Assembly (NCBI GenBank): GCA_973895155.1
Contig: OZ316894.1
Coordinates: forward strand, 22,415,867 to 22,479,866
From: Marsupella aquatica
Lineage: Eukaryota; Plantae; Marchantiophyta
Direction: 5' to 3'
Length of the DNA: 64,000 bases
The position numbers were made by a program, and so were the translations under genes. Within the stretch, counting starts at the first letter, position 1. Each line of letters begins with the position of its first letter. This document shows positions 12,401 to 26,220 of this stretch, in pieces. A model generated the notes under the pieces. The model saw nothing but the letters and a program-made list of their open reading frames with translations, was not told the origin of the DNA and made no database searches.

Positions 12401-15400
12401 GGGTATTTTCGCTTGGCACTTTTGCCTGAACCTAACAAATTGTGTCAATTTTGCTCGCAATTGTTTGCAAATTGGGCAAATTCCCATGTTTTGCTCTTTG
12501 TGTTTTGTAATGAAGGACTGTCATACTGCATTGGTTGATTCCTAATATCCTATCCAGGAGATTCTGCAAACTTACAGGCAGTTTATATCTTTGTGTCTTC
12601 AACTACAGATCTTGATTAAACGACCTAGCACAATGACGACTGAAGTAGACTATGCCCACCTTGGGCAAAGAAGGCGGATCCGCCAGGGTATGAAGGATCC
12701 GTTCTTCTATACTAGTCCTCTCAATCATGGGCAACTTACAGAGAAGGCTCTTCGAGATGTGTATGATATTTCTAGCTACATTGACGTTGGTACTGCAGAC
12801 GAGCCATTGCCATATCCTGTCAAAATGAGTAAGTCACTTTCACCTTTGTGAATTTTCATGCCCTTGAGAAGATATTAGATGCTAGAAGTAAAATTCATCC
12901 CGAATAAACTTTTGTGAGCATTTGATTGCTATGAACTCTTGACCCCAGAACTGAGGACATAATGATTATTATCTCTGGATGTGATTGCTTGATTTATTGA
13001 GGTCTTGGCAGCTCTTAGACCTGACCTTAGTATAATAGATTGCTTGATTTCTTGTGATTCTCATGCCTTTCTCCAGAACGCAAACCTCTTTATGTCATAG
13101 CTACTTTCTCATCTGAAAAGTTGCATGGATTGAGCAGAGGACAGGGATAGCTACTTTGGTAAACAAATGATGACCATGACACCAAAGTGGGGATTCCAAA
13201 CCAATGATGTGTTTTTTCAAAAGGAGCACCCTTGGGTCTCTGATGTAAGTCTCAGTCCTTCCCAAAAGAACTGGTGACAAAGGTTTACCTTCAAATCAAA
13301 TTACAGTGATGCAAATTTGATTAATGAAGAAGAGAATGCCAAAGACAAGACATAAACCTCAGTTAGATTTTCAGACTATGAAAGCAAATCTTCAGAGGAA
13401 AGATAACTGATACTCCAGTGCAAAAGCCTGTTGTCAATTTTTGCTAGATCTGATTATACATCTTCATCCCGATCCAGGATATATGGTCACATGCTGTTTG
13501 CTCTCCTATCCAAATACATGTCATGGCGACTGAAGCTAAAAGTGTGATGGCAGGGAGATCTCTACGTTGATAGAAATATGTACGTCGAGAGCCAACCCGA
13601 TAGATACAAGGGCTTTTGGACTTCTGATTTTTCAAAATACGATGAATTCTCAGTCACTTGTCGGACTGAGCAGCACCGAGAACAATTGCGGGTACACCTT
13701 ATACTCTGTTTCAGGCAGGCCTCTCTAGATCAGGGGTTGTAGCTTGACATGTTCAGGCAAGTGAACTGATTTTTTGTCTCAAATATATTAGATTACTTTT
13801 GCAGTAGATGACATGAAGTATTGTAGTTTGAATTCTCTGTTCTAACATGTCCAGGAGAGTTAGAATGTCATTTGACTGAATTACTTGAATATCTAGATCA
13901 TACAATGTGAAATGTGAACTGGTCCGTAGTACGCCTAAGATTCATTGATCAGAAACTATAATAATTTAAGCAACTGGTTGAGCTAGGTGAATTTGTGGTA
14001 CAAATCTATGTTAGCTCGAAATATATTAAGTTTTCTTAAGCATTGGGCTTTTCAAGTATGTCTACAACCTTTTGCAACGTACTGCCATTTATATACTAGG
14101 ACTAGTACGTTCTATTTTGAGAACACTTTAATTGCAATAGACAAAAAAGGGTTTTTGAGATAGAGCAAGCTTGTGAGAAAGATTGCTTACAGCTGACATT
14201 TTACTTGATTATCACTCTGCTTTGCATTACAGATGGAAAATAGACATCTTAAAAGAGCAACTGAGCAATCTGAGGAAAGAATTGCAGCAATAAAGGCAAA
14301 ATACCCAGATATTGACAAACCTCATCGTACTCGGGTATGCAGCTATCAACAGGAGCAGTCATCTAGTTGCTGGAGTTTTGTTCGGACCTTCCATGGATTA
14401 TTAAGGACGAGTCACATGTGCTCCAGTCATATTAGTCTGCATCCCAAGGAGTGCCATTATAATTTATAATGTAGTGTAAAATGTCCAAGCGGATATACTG
14501 AGGCAAAAAACGTATTGAATCCATTTTTGAATGACCACTGCATTCATTTAATTTCATTGTTAACAAATCATGTCGGAATTTTTGTGACAGTTTGATGGGC
14601 CAAAATATTTGTACGACGTCGGAAGAGCGGGGCTAGCCACCACCAAGCATTGTACTCGCTGTCACAAGCAAACCTATTATTGCCCTCACAATGCTGCTTA
14701 TAGTACAAATAATCCGGGCCTCGAGAAGGTAACAACTCCTCCAAAAAATTCACGCTTTACTGTTTTGTTTCCAGATGATGCAGTTCATGAATGCTAGAGC
14801 ATCAATTGAAAACGTAGTATGATTCTTCAGTGAGAAGCAGAAGTTGTAGTCGCCTTCTAAGCTTTATCAATCCAATCTTATGCTAAGCAAAGAAAGAGCT
14901 CAATGAGCCAAAGTCCTCAAGCATCAACATACGCATATGCAGGACATGGGCGGACTTTGGACCTTAAACTTAGACTATGGAGCTGCTGCTAAGTTGGCTA
15001 GCTATGAAAAGCCTAAGTATGCAAAGAAGCCCGTTGTGAGGGACCAGATGTACAGGAGAACAAAGATCTTTTTCCAATCAAAGACACCACTCGGATTCCC
15101 AGCTTGAGGGTTGCGAGCATTTATTCATATTTTTATGTCCATGATCTACGCAGATAAGTCTACAAGGCTGTATTGTCTTTAGAACTGAAATTAGCATCTG
15201 CAATGGTAGGATACTGACTGTAATTACCAAAATCTAGACAGACAAGCTCGTCCTCCAGTCCTACTTCAGGCAGGCACGATATAAATATCAAGAGCTCTAA
15301 CTTCACCATTTGCTAAAACAATTTTTAGTCTCTATCCTGAGGCCTTCATTATTGATTTCCAAAATTTGAATAAGGGACACCCTTCCACATTGATTGGTCT

Positions 15401-16639
15401 GCATGCATTTACTCATTCTTCTTTTCGATAGTTAGAATAATCTCAATGCAACAGGAAATTCTGGCAGAGAGCTTGATAGAATGGTTGTGTGGGGCTGCTT
15501 TGTGTAAGTCTTGTCTAACTCCTGCAGTGAATTGAAGCTTGAGGAGAGAATGCCATTGTGTACTTATGGCTGAACTTGATTAGAGGAAAACCATCAGAGT
15601 TTTCAACCCAAAAGTCTTGATGCCATTGGAGATTGGACCTCATTGTCCAGGAAGAATCAATAGTTGTTGCAAATATGTAAACTAACAAGGTTGATGGTAA
15701 AAAAAAGCAGGACCTTGGCCCATACAGAACTGCATCCATGGACTATGGAGTTGGAGCCGAGAAAGCTACATATGAAAAACCCCAATTTGCTCGAAAGCCA
15801 TCTCTCAAGGAATCTGTGTTCAGAAGAAGGAAAGTCTTTTAGAAGGAGATCACCTTCAGCAGATGAGATCCACCTCTGTTCCATGAATCTATTAGCAATG
15901 TCTCAACATGAGGAGCTCCAGCTTCACTTATGAAACATATATGGCCACCATTGATTGCCCCTCATATTTTTTCTTTAACCTTTTCAATTTGAACAAGTAT
16001 GTGCAGTCTTTAATAGTAAGTGAGTTCTCTTGAGCATTAACAACAATTTGTGCTAGTTTTGCCCTTCTGTTTTTGTCCATATGGTTCACACATACGGAAA
16101 GGGCTTTCTTTGACACCTTGAATCAGGGTTTGCAAATATCAGATCAATAAACTTTGGTTTGATTGTTTGGTTTTTCTTGGAGTTTCACAAGTCTCTCAAA
16201 ATCTTCAACAGACATATTTCATCTGTCCATTTGAAAGAACTTCTAATGTGTCAAGTAGTGGGGTTGAAACTTATATGGAACAGGACGGTGTGTGAGCCTC
16301 GCTCTTCCTAACCCCATAGATTTCCCAGATTTTTGGACGGCTTCATGGTTGCTGATACTATGAGCGCACACAGCACATGTATTTTTTGTCAAGGCAGGGA
16401 AAACAAGTTTGGGGACCAGGAAAAGCATAAATGGCAGTGAGTTCAACCTGGGAAAAGCACCTTTAAAATGCTTGTGTGATATTATTCGAGTGTTGTGGGG
16501 TACTACCGATGATGTTGAGATTGGACAGTACCTCCATTATTGCCCATAGGTTGTACTCCTTTAGCGTGAAAATAGGTACCATCTAAGTGCGGTACAACCG
16601 TACGTTAGTACAATAATGCAATATGGACTTACAGGCAAA

Positions 16640-16755
16640 GACAACTGCTCATTACAATATACATTATAGGCAGGGCAAGACAACTACTCATTACAATACA
16701 TATTATAGGCAGGGCAGGACAACTACTCATTACAATACATATTATAGCCAGGGCA
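16640..16755. repeat. 39-bp tandem repeat, 3 copies
   Basis: gacaact(g/a)ctcattacaata.a.attata g.cagggca repeated three times. Confidence 0.85.
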
Positions 16756-17649
16756 TAGAGTACTTTTATACATGGAGCAGTAGAGGGGAAACTGATTCAC
16801 ATAAGATTGAGGTTTTTGGCATGAAGAACTAAACGGGGAAGTAGCTTAAGACGAGATAATTAGAGGTATCTGGCTTTTCCCTCTTGAGAATAGAATTTTC
16901 ATTTTGGGGGGCTTAATTTTGTCTTTCGTCCCAATTTTTCTTCTTGTTGTTGGAGGTAACTAAAACGGGGAGGGTGAGGGAGCGACGGAGTGGAGGTGCA
17001 AGGGGGGAGAGTGGGATGAAAGAAATTTAGGGCATTGGGGGGCGAGGGGAACAAGGAAAGCAGAAAATGTGAAACTTCCCCCATTAATGCCCCAAAACTT
17101 GTTATCCATCTTGCATTCCCCCACCCTCCACGTCCTTGCACTCCCACCACCATCTTTGTTTGCAACAACATTATTTAACTAAAATGACAAGACTTGCAAA
17201 ACAACAATGCTTCCTCAAAAACAACATGGCTGCTGAGATGCGACAACCTAAGTGACAACATTTCCTTGCCTTCCCTGCATGTGTTTGTAATACCTTTAAC
17301 TTTTGTGTGCAACACACAAGCATTGACACACCAAAGACACCATGGGTGAGCTAAATAATTATAATCAAACCTCTTGCGTGTCATGAGTGTTTGGATCCCA
17401 TGAGCATGTGACAACATTTGCTTATATTTATATTTAAGCATCTTATGCATTATGTCTTCATTATGATTGGCTTATATACTTCAACTCATTCCCACATACT
17501 TAACTTTGCACACTGAACAATATGGTTGCAAAGACAGATAAAACGTAACAACTTTATTGTCTAATTTCCATTCTGTGCCTCACCTTAACATCTATTGTGC
17601 AATGCATGATATAATCCATAATATACAAAATAGCTAATAAATTGAAAAC

Positions 17650-18035
17650 ATCAGAGCCAGTGCGACAAGAAACTTGAGAGAAATTTGTCCCAATCCACAA
17701 ATTTGAGAGAGATTTCACTCATTTGAATACTCATGTGCTGATAAACTTGAGACCAATTTTTCACAAGTCCAAAAACTTCAGACCAACTGGTCTCTCAGTT
17801 ACAAATTGGTTAGTAAAATGAAACAAACAAGGTGTCAGGCTAGAGACCAATTAGTCTATTAATTTCAAACAATTGGTTATAGGTCAAGTGTGAGAATACT
17901 TGAGATCAATTGGTCAACAGTCTGGTCAGAATTAGTTCAATTGGTCACAAGTCTAAAGACTAAAATTGAGATCAACTTATCGTCAACCGTGCCCCAAGAC
18001 TAAACTTGCTATCAATTGGTCACGAGCGTCCCGAC
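17650..18035. repeat. Cluster of short direct and inverted motifs (gaccaatt / aattggtc), resembling DNA-transposon subterminal repeats
   Basis: Many imperfect copies of gagaccaatt and aattggtca in both orientations; no clear terminus identified. Confidence 0.4.
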
Positions 18036-18319
18036 TTTTTTTTGTTTCTTTTCTTTGCTGTCTTGGTCAATCTCAGCTTAGTGAATGTCACCTTGTGTGA
18101 AGGAGAAGAAGCAAAGTCAGAGTAGTGACTGTGGCCTTGTGCCAAAGTAAACATGATAAGAATATTTCTTACCTAATATTTATGGAATGATTTCTTACCA
18201 TCAGGTCTCCGAAGAATCTGAGGAATTTTGGCCACATTTGGCCAACCTTTTTTTTTTAATCTAAAGTGCTGAATTCTTAGGGAATTTTGGCAACATTTGG
18301 CCAACACTTTTTTTAATCT

Positions 18320-18716
18320 GAAGTGCTGAATTTTTTCCATTGGCAACCAAAGTTTTTTAACTCCACCGAAAGAGGATCATTACTTAAAAGAATAGGGGTG
18401 ACCTACTGCCCATTACATTCCATTCGCGGGGTGGACTAGGTGTAAAACTACACAATCAAACCGGATACCTTCCATACCTTCCAACCGCCCCTAAGTGAGC
18501 TCGTCCAAAATTGTGATCTATAGTGCTGAATTTTTCCCATTGGCAACTAAGGTTTTCCAACTCCACTGGACGCGGATCATTACTTAGAAGAATAGGGGTG
18601 ACCTCCTGCCCATTACATTCAATACGCCCCTCCTTTCTGGCCGAGTTGTAAATTTACACAATCAAACCGGGAACCTTCCATACCTTCCAACCGGCCCAAA
18701 GTGAGCTCGTCCAAAA
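18320..18716. repeat. ~200-bp tandem duplication, 2 diverged copies
   Basis: agtgctgaattttt...ggatcattactta.aagaataggggtgacct.ctgcccattacattc...ccttccataccttccaacc...gtgagctcgtccaaaa occurs at ~18322 and ~18521. Confidence 0.9.
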
Positions 18717-19908
18717 ATAATCTATCCAGCCCTTTCATTGCAATAATTAAAAAACGGGGGAGAAAGAGGGCAACTTTGGCAGGCCTAATGCATGATGTCG
18801 AGCAAAGCAGAAACTCTCACATTAAGCATTATGGGAGAAGAAGCACTCAGGGTACTCTCCCATTAATCATTATGGAAGAAGAAGCATTCAGTGTAATGGG
18901 CCCAGAAAAGTCATGGAAGAAATCCCCACACCCATATTGGCGAGCAATTTTCTGAGAAATTCCATTCTACACTATCTAAGGCTTTCACCAAGTCAATTTT
19001 AGGCAAACAAACGGGTCAGGAAACGACATAGAGTATGGTATCTACTGTAGTAGAGTTGTGGCAGAAAATGTAGACCAATTTTTGCCAAAAAGTGCAAAAA
19101 GTGGCGAATGCTTTTTCACCACTAAATATAGGCTGGTCACAAGTCCAAATCCTAAACTTATGACCAGTTCAACCCCAGCCACTTGAGGTGCAAACCAGGC
19201 CCCACACATTTCAAGTGGTTTACAGAAGTGCATTTTTTAGGCAAAGAAGATCGAAGCTTTGAGAGGAATTTATTTTACACGTCGAGAACAAATCCACACC
19301 CCTGGAGATTGACTGACTGACTACCGGCAGAGTGCACTATGCCACTATCCGTCTGGAATTCATTGCCCAGGGCTTTGATGCAAACGACTAGCTAACAAAA
19401 TAGTACAGTGAATGGTTACCTTTACATCCTCAATCCTCCACGTGCTTGCTTCCTTCGCCCAACTGCCAGTGGCGGATCACAGTGATCGACAGCCCCTACA
19501 TTGAAAAATTATGAGTCTCGTCTGGGCTAAGCTCTAGGGAGACGATTCTCTCTGCTTCTCTCTCTCTCTCTCTCTCCAAGAGATTCTCTCTCGCTTCTAT
19601 CTGCACAGGCTTTCCTCCAATCAATTACAGTACTTGGACAGTGAATGAATTTGTATTCGCCATTTGTACCCCTAAAATTATCAATCCATGTCCTCTCCTT
19701 TGACCAGATCGAAGGTACAATGTATAATTGTCGTCAGATTTTTAGGAAACTAAGGCTTCACGTGAATTGGCGTCAGAAAATAAGGAAAAACCTGCGGTGG
19801 ATTCACTATGAGTTCGTGCACCGAGGCAATCAGGCGATGCACATGCAAATCGACGACACGGAATGATACAGGAATGGTGATCGAGCCAGCTCGATTGACA
19901 GCCCGTCT

Positions 19909-21702
19909 TTACAGGGTGGGTGGGCAGACAGCGTTCAGAAAAATGTGGGCGACCATAACATCTACAAAGTACCAATGTGGATTCCCATACCAAGGAGGTA
20001 GATTCACCCCCGGAGCACGACCATAGTGGCCGCCATCGCTGTAGTCGTTGTTGTAATGGAACGGGAATGTAATGTCAAATCCGTCAATGAACTTCACTGG
20101 GAGCTTATCCTTCACCTGCTTCAATTTCTCCACCATGACCTGGTTGAACATCTCCATTTTGGTGGGATTGGATTGCATGTTTCTCGAAGTCCCCGCTGGA
20201 GCAATGGTGGAACGCCATACAAGCCTGGGCCTGCGGTCTATGGGAATGCTTTGGTAGAGCTTTATCCACCAATCGATCGCGTAGTCCACACTCTCAACGT
20301 AGCCATCAATTGTGGAGTAATGCACGCCGTCGTGCAGCCCCGAGTTCATGAATATAGTATCCGGCCACTCTTCACCTTTGAAATGGGACAAGATAAGGTC
20401 CTGGTGCTCCTGTATTTTCAGAGTATCCAACCCCAGACCATCATCCCAGTCCGGGTAAGCGCCATTGAAGATTTGACTGACTCGGAACAGCTGATCCAGA
20501 CGATTGGAATTGATGAATCCAGATTCAAAGGTCCGCGGTAACTGGAAGTCGGACAAGATCTCTCCTGCTGGTAGATCCCAATTTAGAACGAAGATTAGCA
20601 AGTTGCGCACGGTGTCCTGGAAATTGGAATCACCCCACATCAAAAACCACTTCCCATCCAGGCAATTCCAAGCCTCTTCGGCTTCGAAGATCTTAAAACT
20701 ACAATGTGCGGAGTACACCCAGCCGTTGCTCTCGAGTCGTCCTACGGGTCCAAAACACCACGGCTCCTCGCATTGATATTGCTCTTCCGGCAGGCACCGA
20801 AACCGCTTTTGCTCATCCGCTTCACAACCAGGTCTTGACCAGTTGCGACTCCAGCGGCCCTGCCATGTCGTCCGATCGAAGTCATCAAAAGTGCACTGCT
20901 TTAGCGGTTGGAAGGACTCATCACGTTTCGCCTTCACTCTCGGGGCGGGGTCGAGGAGAGACCACCCGAAGAGTAGTTGTGGCTCAGGTTCCACGACCAT
21001 TTCCACCTCCTGTGCCACCATCAACTCCTGCTTCACGAACTCCTCCGGATGCCAGTCCATGCCGTGCCAGTTGCTGAAAAGCAGCCATATCTCCAGGCTA
21101 AAGGTTCCAGCGAATCTAGACGGGAGAATCAACTCAAGACCATAACTACCGTTCCCAAAATCCACGGTGGGCAGTCGTGATCGGTAATGCAGGTTCTCCT
21201 TGTCGTGGAAATCAACTTCGAAGTAATCCCCTCCTGAGCATCTTTTATGTTCATCTAAACCGAAAGCCACGAGAGTCAGGTAATGCCGTTCGTCAGTGCG
21301 AAAGAAATATTTTCCGTCGACGGGTTCAGGCAGGCCGTGCAAGACAGTGAAATTCGTCGTTTCCGTGTAACACGGAGAGTCACTGGTGGCATTTTGACGA
21401 AGGGCATTCATGAGTGTAAATGTGTAGTTGCTCGACAAATCCACCAGCAGGTTGTGCCAGTCTTTGGAAGGCCCAGATTTTATAAATTTCGTCCCACCTT
21501 TCCTCAGCAGTTGGAGGCTATTCCCTGGGAAGAGATACTGCACGACGTCGACAAAGCTTTGATCCTGCCAAGAGGTGAGGAACATAACGAGCAAACAACT
21601 CAAAACCAATACCGAGGAAATTGCCCATACCCAATCCTTCGCTTTTGAAAGTCTTCCATTTCCTGCTCGCACAGCCTTTCCATCTTTTCCGAATGTCCTC
21701 AT
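19909..21702 (-). CDS. Intronless type-II membrane SGNH/PC-esterase-like (NXPE/TBL-related) protein, ~597 aa from first ATG
   Basis: Long open frame with an N-terminal TM helix (WVWAISSVLVLSCLLVMFL), an Ig-like segment (GGDYFEVD...DFGNGSY), WGDSN (GDS nucleophile), MNSGLHD, and a C-terminal DGGHYG (DxxH). The ORF track starts at GTG 21726; the first ATG is at 21702. Confidence 0.88.
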   Translation of the reverse strand: MRTFGKDGKAVRAGNGRLSKAKDWVWAISSVLVLSCLLVMFLTSWQDQSFVDVVQYLFPGNSLQLLRKGGTKFIKSGPSKDWHNLLVDLSSNYTFTLMNALRQNATSDSPCYTETTNFTVLHGLPEPVDGKYFFRTDERHYLTLVAFGLDEHKRCSGGDYFEVDFHDKENLHYRSRLPTVDFGNGSYGLELILPSRFAGTFSLEIWLLFSNWHGMDWHPEEFVKQELMVAQEVEMVVEPEPQLLFGWSLLDPAPRVKAKRDESFQPLKQCTFDDFDRTTWQGRWSRNWSRPGCEADEQKRFRCLPEEQYQCEEPWCFGPVGRLESNGWVYSAHCSFKIFEAEEAWNCLDGKWFLMWGDSNFQDTVRNLLIFVLNWDLPAGEILSDFQLPRTFESGFINSNRLDQLFRVSQIFNGAYPDWDDGLGLDTLKIQEHQDLILSHFKGEEWPDTIFMNSGLHDGVHYSTIDGYVESVDYAIDWWIKLYQSIPIDRRPRLVWRSTIAPAGTSRNMQSNPTKMEMFNQVMVEKLKQVKDKLPVKFIDGFDITFPFHYNNDYSDGGHYGRAPGVNLPPWYGNPHWYFVDVMVAHIFLNAVCPPTL

Positions 21703-22483
21703 CGAACTCGGTAGCGCTGCGTCCACTAACCTACTTTTGGCCCGTTGATTGGCCAGCCTTGCAACTTCTACGCTAGCTTTCCGTCCTCCGACTACCTGGA
21801 ATCCTACTCAATCCGAATTAGCTTCTAATGCCTTCTAACATTGCCAAACTTCCATCCTAAAGGATTCTCGCGAGAAAAATTCGCATAGACAAGTAATGCC
21901 AACGCCGGGGGGGACGAAGGTAGGGTGAGGAACGGATGCTTGCCCAAACGGCCGTTGACTGTTGTCCACCTTCGACTACAGACTACAAAACCTGTAGATT
22001 GGCAGTAAGCAATAGTCCGGAAATCCGTTTTATCTCCATGCGATGGCAATCAGATTGATCCACTACTGCGGTGGTCATGTACGCCTCTCCAGAAGCGAAA
22101 CACAGCTCCGCTTTGTTCTTCGGTCGTTTGGTGTTATAAATTTCCAACTTCCGAAATAATGTTTTGCGATCCCGAAATACTTACTATCGTCGCAGGCCTG
22201 CCCTCGCTTGCCCCATGCACCCCGCCCAACATGTATCTCGCTGACAATGTGATCACTCACTCATTCAGACTTAGCTTTGGCCGATTTTAGAACCTTTCCA
22301 AGCTAGCGTTGGAGCACACATCCACACGGCAATCTGACCCAAACTCCATTCCTGCCTCCCATCTTTGAGTCCCCACCACAAACAGTGACACTCACGACGA
22401 CCATGCCAACGCGCAAAAATGGTCTCGCCCTCATTCACCAACCCAAACACGCATGCCGGCCCAGCAGCTAACAAGGAAGCACA

Positions 22484-22705
22484 CTGATCGCGACCCCAAG
22501 TTTGATAGATTATACTCCACAGTTCCTGTTGGGCATCGAAAGGAGTTCTACCCTTCTCCCACACATGATCAGCCCAATTAGTGGCGGAAAGGAGCAAACT
22601 GATCGCGACCCAAGTTTGATCGATTATCCTCCACAATTCCTGTTGGGCATCGAAAGGAGTTCTACCCTTCTCCTACACATGATCAGCCCAAACGGTGGCG
22701 GAAAG
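22484..22705. repeat. ~115-bp tandem duplication upstream of the esterase-like gene
   Basis: ctgatcgcgaccc(c)aagtttgat.gattat.ctccaca.ttcctgttgggcatcgaaaggagttctacccttctcc.acacatgatcagccca occurs twice. Confidence 0.92.
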
Positions 22706-25700
22706 AGAGAACCATCACCATTGTAATGCCGACGCCCGCCTTCTTCAAATCTGTGTGCCAGCCCGTCTACCCGTCTATCTACAAAAAGCACGGCATAAAG
22801 CTCGGCAGCAGCACCCACCAACAAACTACTACTCCGTGCAGTGCGTCTGATATACCTCGCAGTCGCAGACGAGAAGAATCGCACATTCGCGTTCTCCTAG
22901 TCGCAGAAGAGAAGAATCTCACAGACTCACAGTCGCGTTCTCGTTACCGTTATCGACGACACTATCAGCGTGCTATGCTGCCAGCCTGCAATTCATTCAT
23001 GCACCGAGCCCGTGCCATGGACAGGCAGACAAATTCATTGATCGCAAATTCTCGCCCGGAATCACACTCTTTACTCTCGTTGCTCTCGCAGCCGTGCGGC
23101 CCCTGCCGATTCATTGATTGATTGGCGCAGGAGGGGTCGGGATCGGAGTGCGCAGCAGAGCGGAGCCGATGGGAGTGCCGAATACAGTACTCCTTCGCTT
23201 CGTGCACGCGCCATCGACGGCCCCGAGCCAGCAGCCATGGATCCGATCATCCCACCCTCGACGCAGCAGCAGCCAGCAGCCGGAGAATCAATCACAAAAA
23301 GTAACGAGGTCAGACACTCAGACTCTACTGTTCGATAGTGGACCCGCCCATCATCCCTCCGACTCGGAGCTGAGCCGATTCCTCCGGCACTAACAGCAGA
23401 GCTCCAGAAAGGCGACATAGAATGTTGACGAACGAACAAACGAACGAACAAACGAACGAACAAACGACCGAGCAATGCGCGCTGTAGACTACACTTATTA
23501 GCTACCATGAATTTCGTGCATACTGTACATCATCGTATTTCTAATTCAGCCATACCAGTCCCTGGAATATTATTTACCACATTCGCCCGCCCCTTTACCT
23601 GCAAAACACCAACAATTACCAGGCCCGTGACCAAAGGGGCTTGGTCACATTAGGCTGAACTATAAAGAGGAAGTATCAAATATATTTAGCTCAAGACAAA
23701 CAAAGTGAAAAAGAACAAAAGGAATGAAGTAAACACAAAAGACAAATTATTAAAAGCTCCCCTCATCTCTCTCCTCTGCCTACGTAACCATCATGATCTA
23801 TCCTGAATACAAATACCATAGAGAATATATTATATTTTGTTTTGGTCTCTTTAGAACAAAGGAACTATATAGAAGTTCAGTATTGGAGTCCAATATTCAA
23901 GTCCGTATGCATTTTTGACAAAAGTATCTTGGGGGCTTTCTTTGGGCCCCCATCATAGTTCGGCCAATTACTTATCACTTTAGTGCTAATTCAAATCTTG
24001 ATCTGAACCCGGTATGTTTTGGTGTGATTGGGTAGAAATAATAGCAAATGCAGGGCGTTTCTACTAACAGATCTACCTTTGCCCACCTAAACTAATGATA
24101 TATGGCAACGCCCATAGTCTGCTGGATAAAAAAGTCTCATTCTTGGTCTTTTTATTTGTATATATTGTGCCTACAGCAGGCAACAAAAGGTGGGTAGTGA
24201 ACGAAAATTTCTTGAGAATTTAGTAAATGATTTACATGGATCTGTTTCCCCTTATATTTTTCAAGGGTAATCATTTCTACCAATGAAGTACCCAAAAAAA
24301 AGAGTAAGTACATTAGAAGTTTCTCAAAATGTTCCTTATTAAGATTTTAGATCACTTTCTGACCATTAGATTCCATACATACAAGTAAACCTTTTGGATT
24401 CTGGGGATCTAGGTCCCTGGATCTCTGCCAACTTTTTTGAAGGTTTTGTCACTTTTCCAGACTGGTTGATGTCACTTGATTTGAAATAGAAGTTTCTAAG
24501 AATACTATACACCTAATTTTTTTAGAGTATTTGTATCTGGTGGCAAATCTCAACTAAGGTCGCAACTTCAAATATTCTGCCCTCTAGAATATCAAGTCAC
24601 TTCCACTATGAATATAAAATGGATGTGCAGGCTGCTCTTGTTATTTATTGTTGATCAGAAAGGACAAAATGATAATGAAAACATTACAAGAGTTTCGAGG
24701 AGTTTGCTTTGTGAAGTGAAAATGTAGGGCTATGGAGAAATTAAGCTTTACAAGTTAGTTCGGTTTTAGATACATCGCTATGATATAGGCTCGCTGGATA
24801 AGGTTGGTGCTCAACAGCGGTCTAGCGCACGGCTATGTCTAATGCAAAGGGTTGTGACAAATTCTGACATAGCATATTGGACATAGACAATTGGACGGTA
24901 CACAACATAGTACACAATTGTGTGTCAGATTGAAAATCAATCCAAAATATCACTTGTTGCTTTACAGCTCTTTACTTCCAGACATCAAATATATATACAA
25001 TGTTCAGCCAGGGTACTATAGCCAGGGTACTATTCAGCCAGGGTGGAATTCACCCTGAGAGTTAAGTTCCCTCTCAAATTGCAGCTTCCACAACCTTCTG
25101 GTGCAGACAGAGCCTGCTCCCTAGTAAAACCAATGAACAATAAAATATTCATAAACTGATTCAACACTAACTCAGCAGCACTCCTGAGCAATGCAATGTG
25201 TGCTCCTGTATATATCATGAAAGAAACTTGTCATAGCAGAATGTCCCTTGCTTGAATGAGGGTACACTCATGGAAGTACCCTACAAGGAAAATCCAAAAT
25301 TCCGTCAAATCCATCAAATCCATCAAATCCAAGTAAGATCCAAAAAATACATATTCTATGTGGCCTTTTCTACTAATTTCTATCCCTGTGAGATCTCTCT
25401 AGATTGAAGGAGAACCATCGCGAATGGGTCTGTGGTGAGGTCGGAAACTAATTACTTTGGCAAAAAGGTGACGAGTACCTTTATTGTGTTGGAATTTGGC
25501 AACTTTTCGCACTTTAAAACAATACTCTGCTGTAGAGCCAGTTGTCCTCCGCCCCCCCCCCCCCTCATTTACTGGCGGCCGCAGTTCATGGCGTTTGGAT
25601 CGACCGTTGAACCTCCCACGCTGACGATGAAAGCACGACCGCAACCATCGATCCGATCCTTACGTCTGTACATGCAGGTCCGTAGTAGTGACTGGTAAGT

Positions 25701-26220
25701 ATGCGCTACGGTCCTACGGAGGTACAGCTTGTGAAACCAGTTGATTGGATCGGACTGTACTGTATCTTGGAGTAACGCTATTAAGGTTTCCATTAGAAAA
25801 GACAATATTATAGAGTAATTATTAATTATGAGACGTACTACTGAAGAATACTGGATTACTAGAAAGAGGAAAAACGTGCGGTGCGCTATAATTAATGTTT
25901 GAGGGGAAACACCAGCCGTGCTGGTAATCACACACCAAAATGTGGTTGCATTCATTAATTGAAAAGAAAAAATTAGGATTATCATGGTATGTGAAGCTTC
26001 ATATTACATATATATCATATTTTGATGTGAAGTTACCGAAACAGTCATATTTTGATGTGCAATTAGTGAGACCCAAACAACAGCACCCATTTGGATGGAA
26101 TCTTTTTTCTCTTGTCATTTTTCTTGGCGTTTGAGAGAAAGAACAGCACAGATTGGGATGGAATCTTTCTAGAGGGAGAAACTAATAGGGCCTCTCTTGC
26201 ATGTGCCAGAGTGGTAAAAA

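Noticed and set aside
20026-21648. Multiple plus-strand ORFs
   Set aside because: Antisense shadows of the esterase-like CDS.
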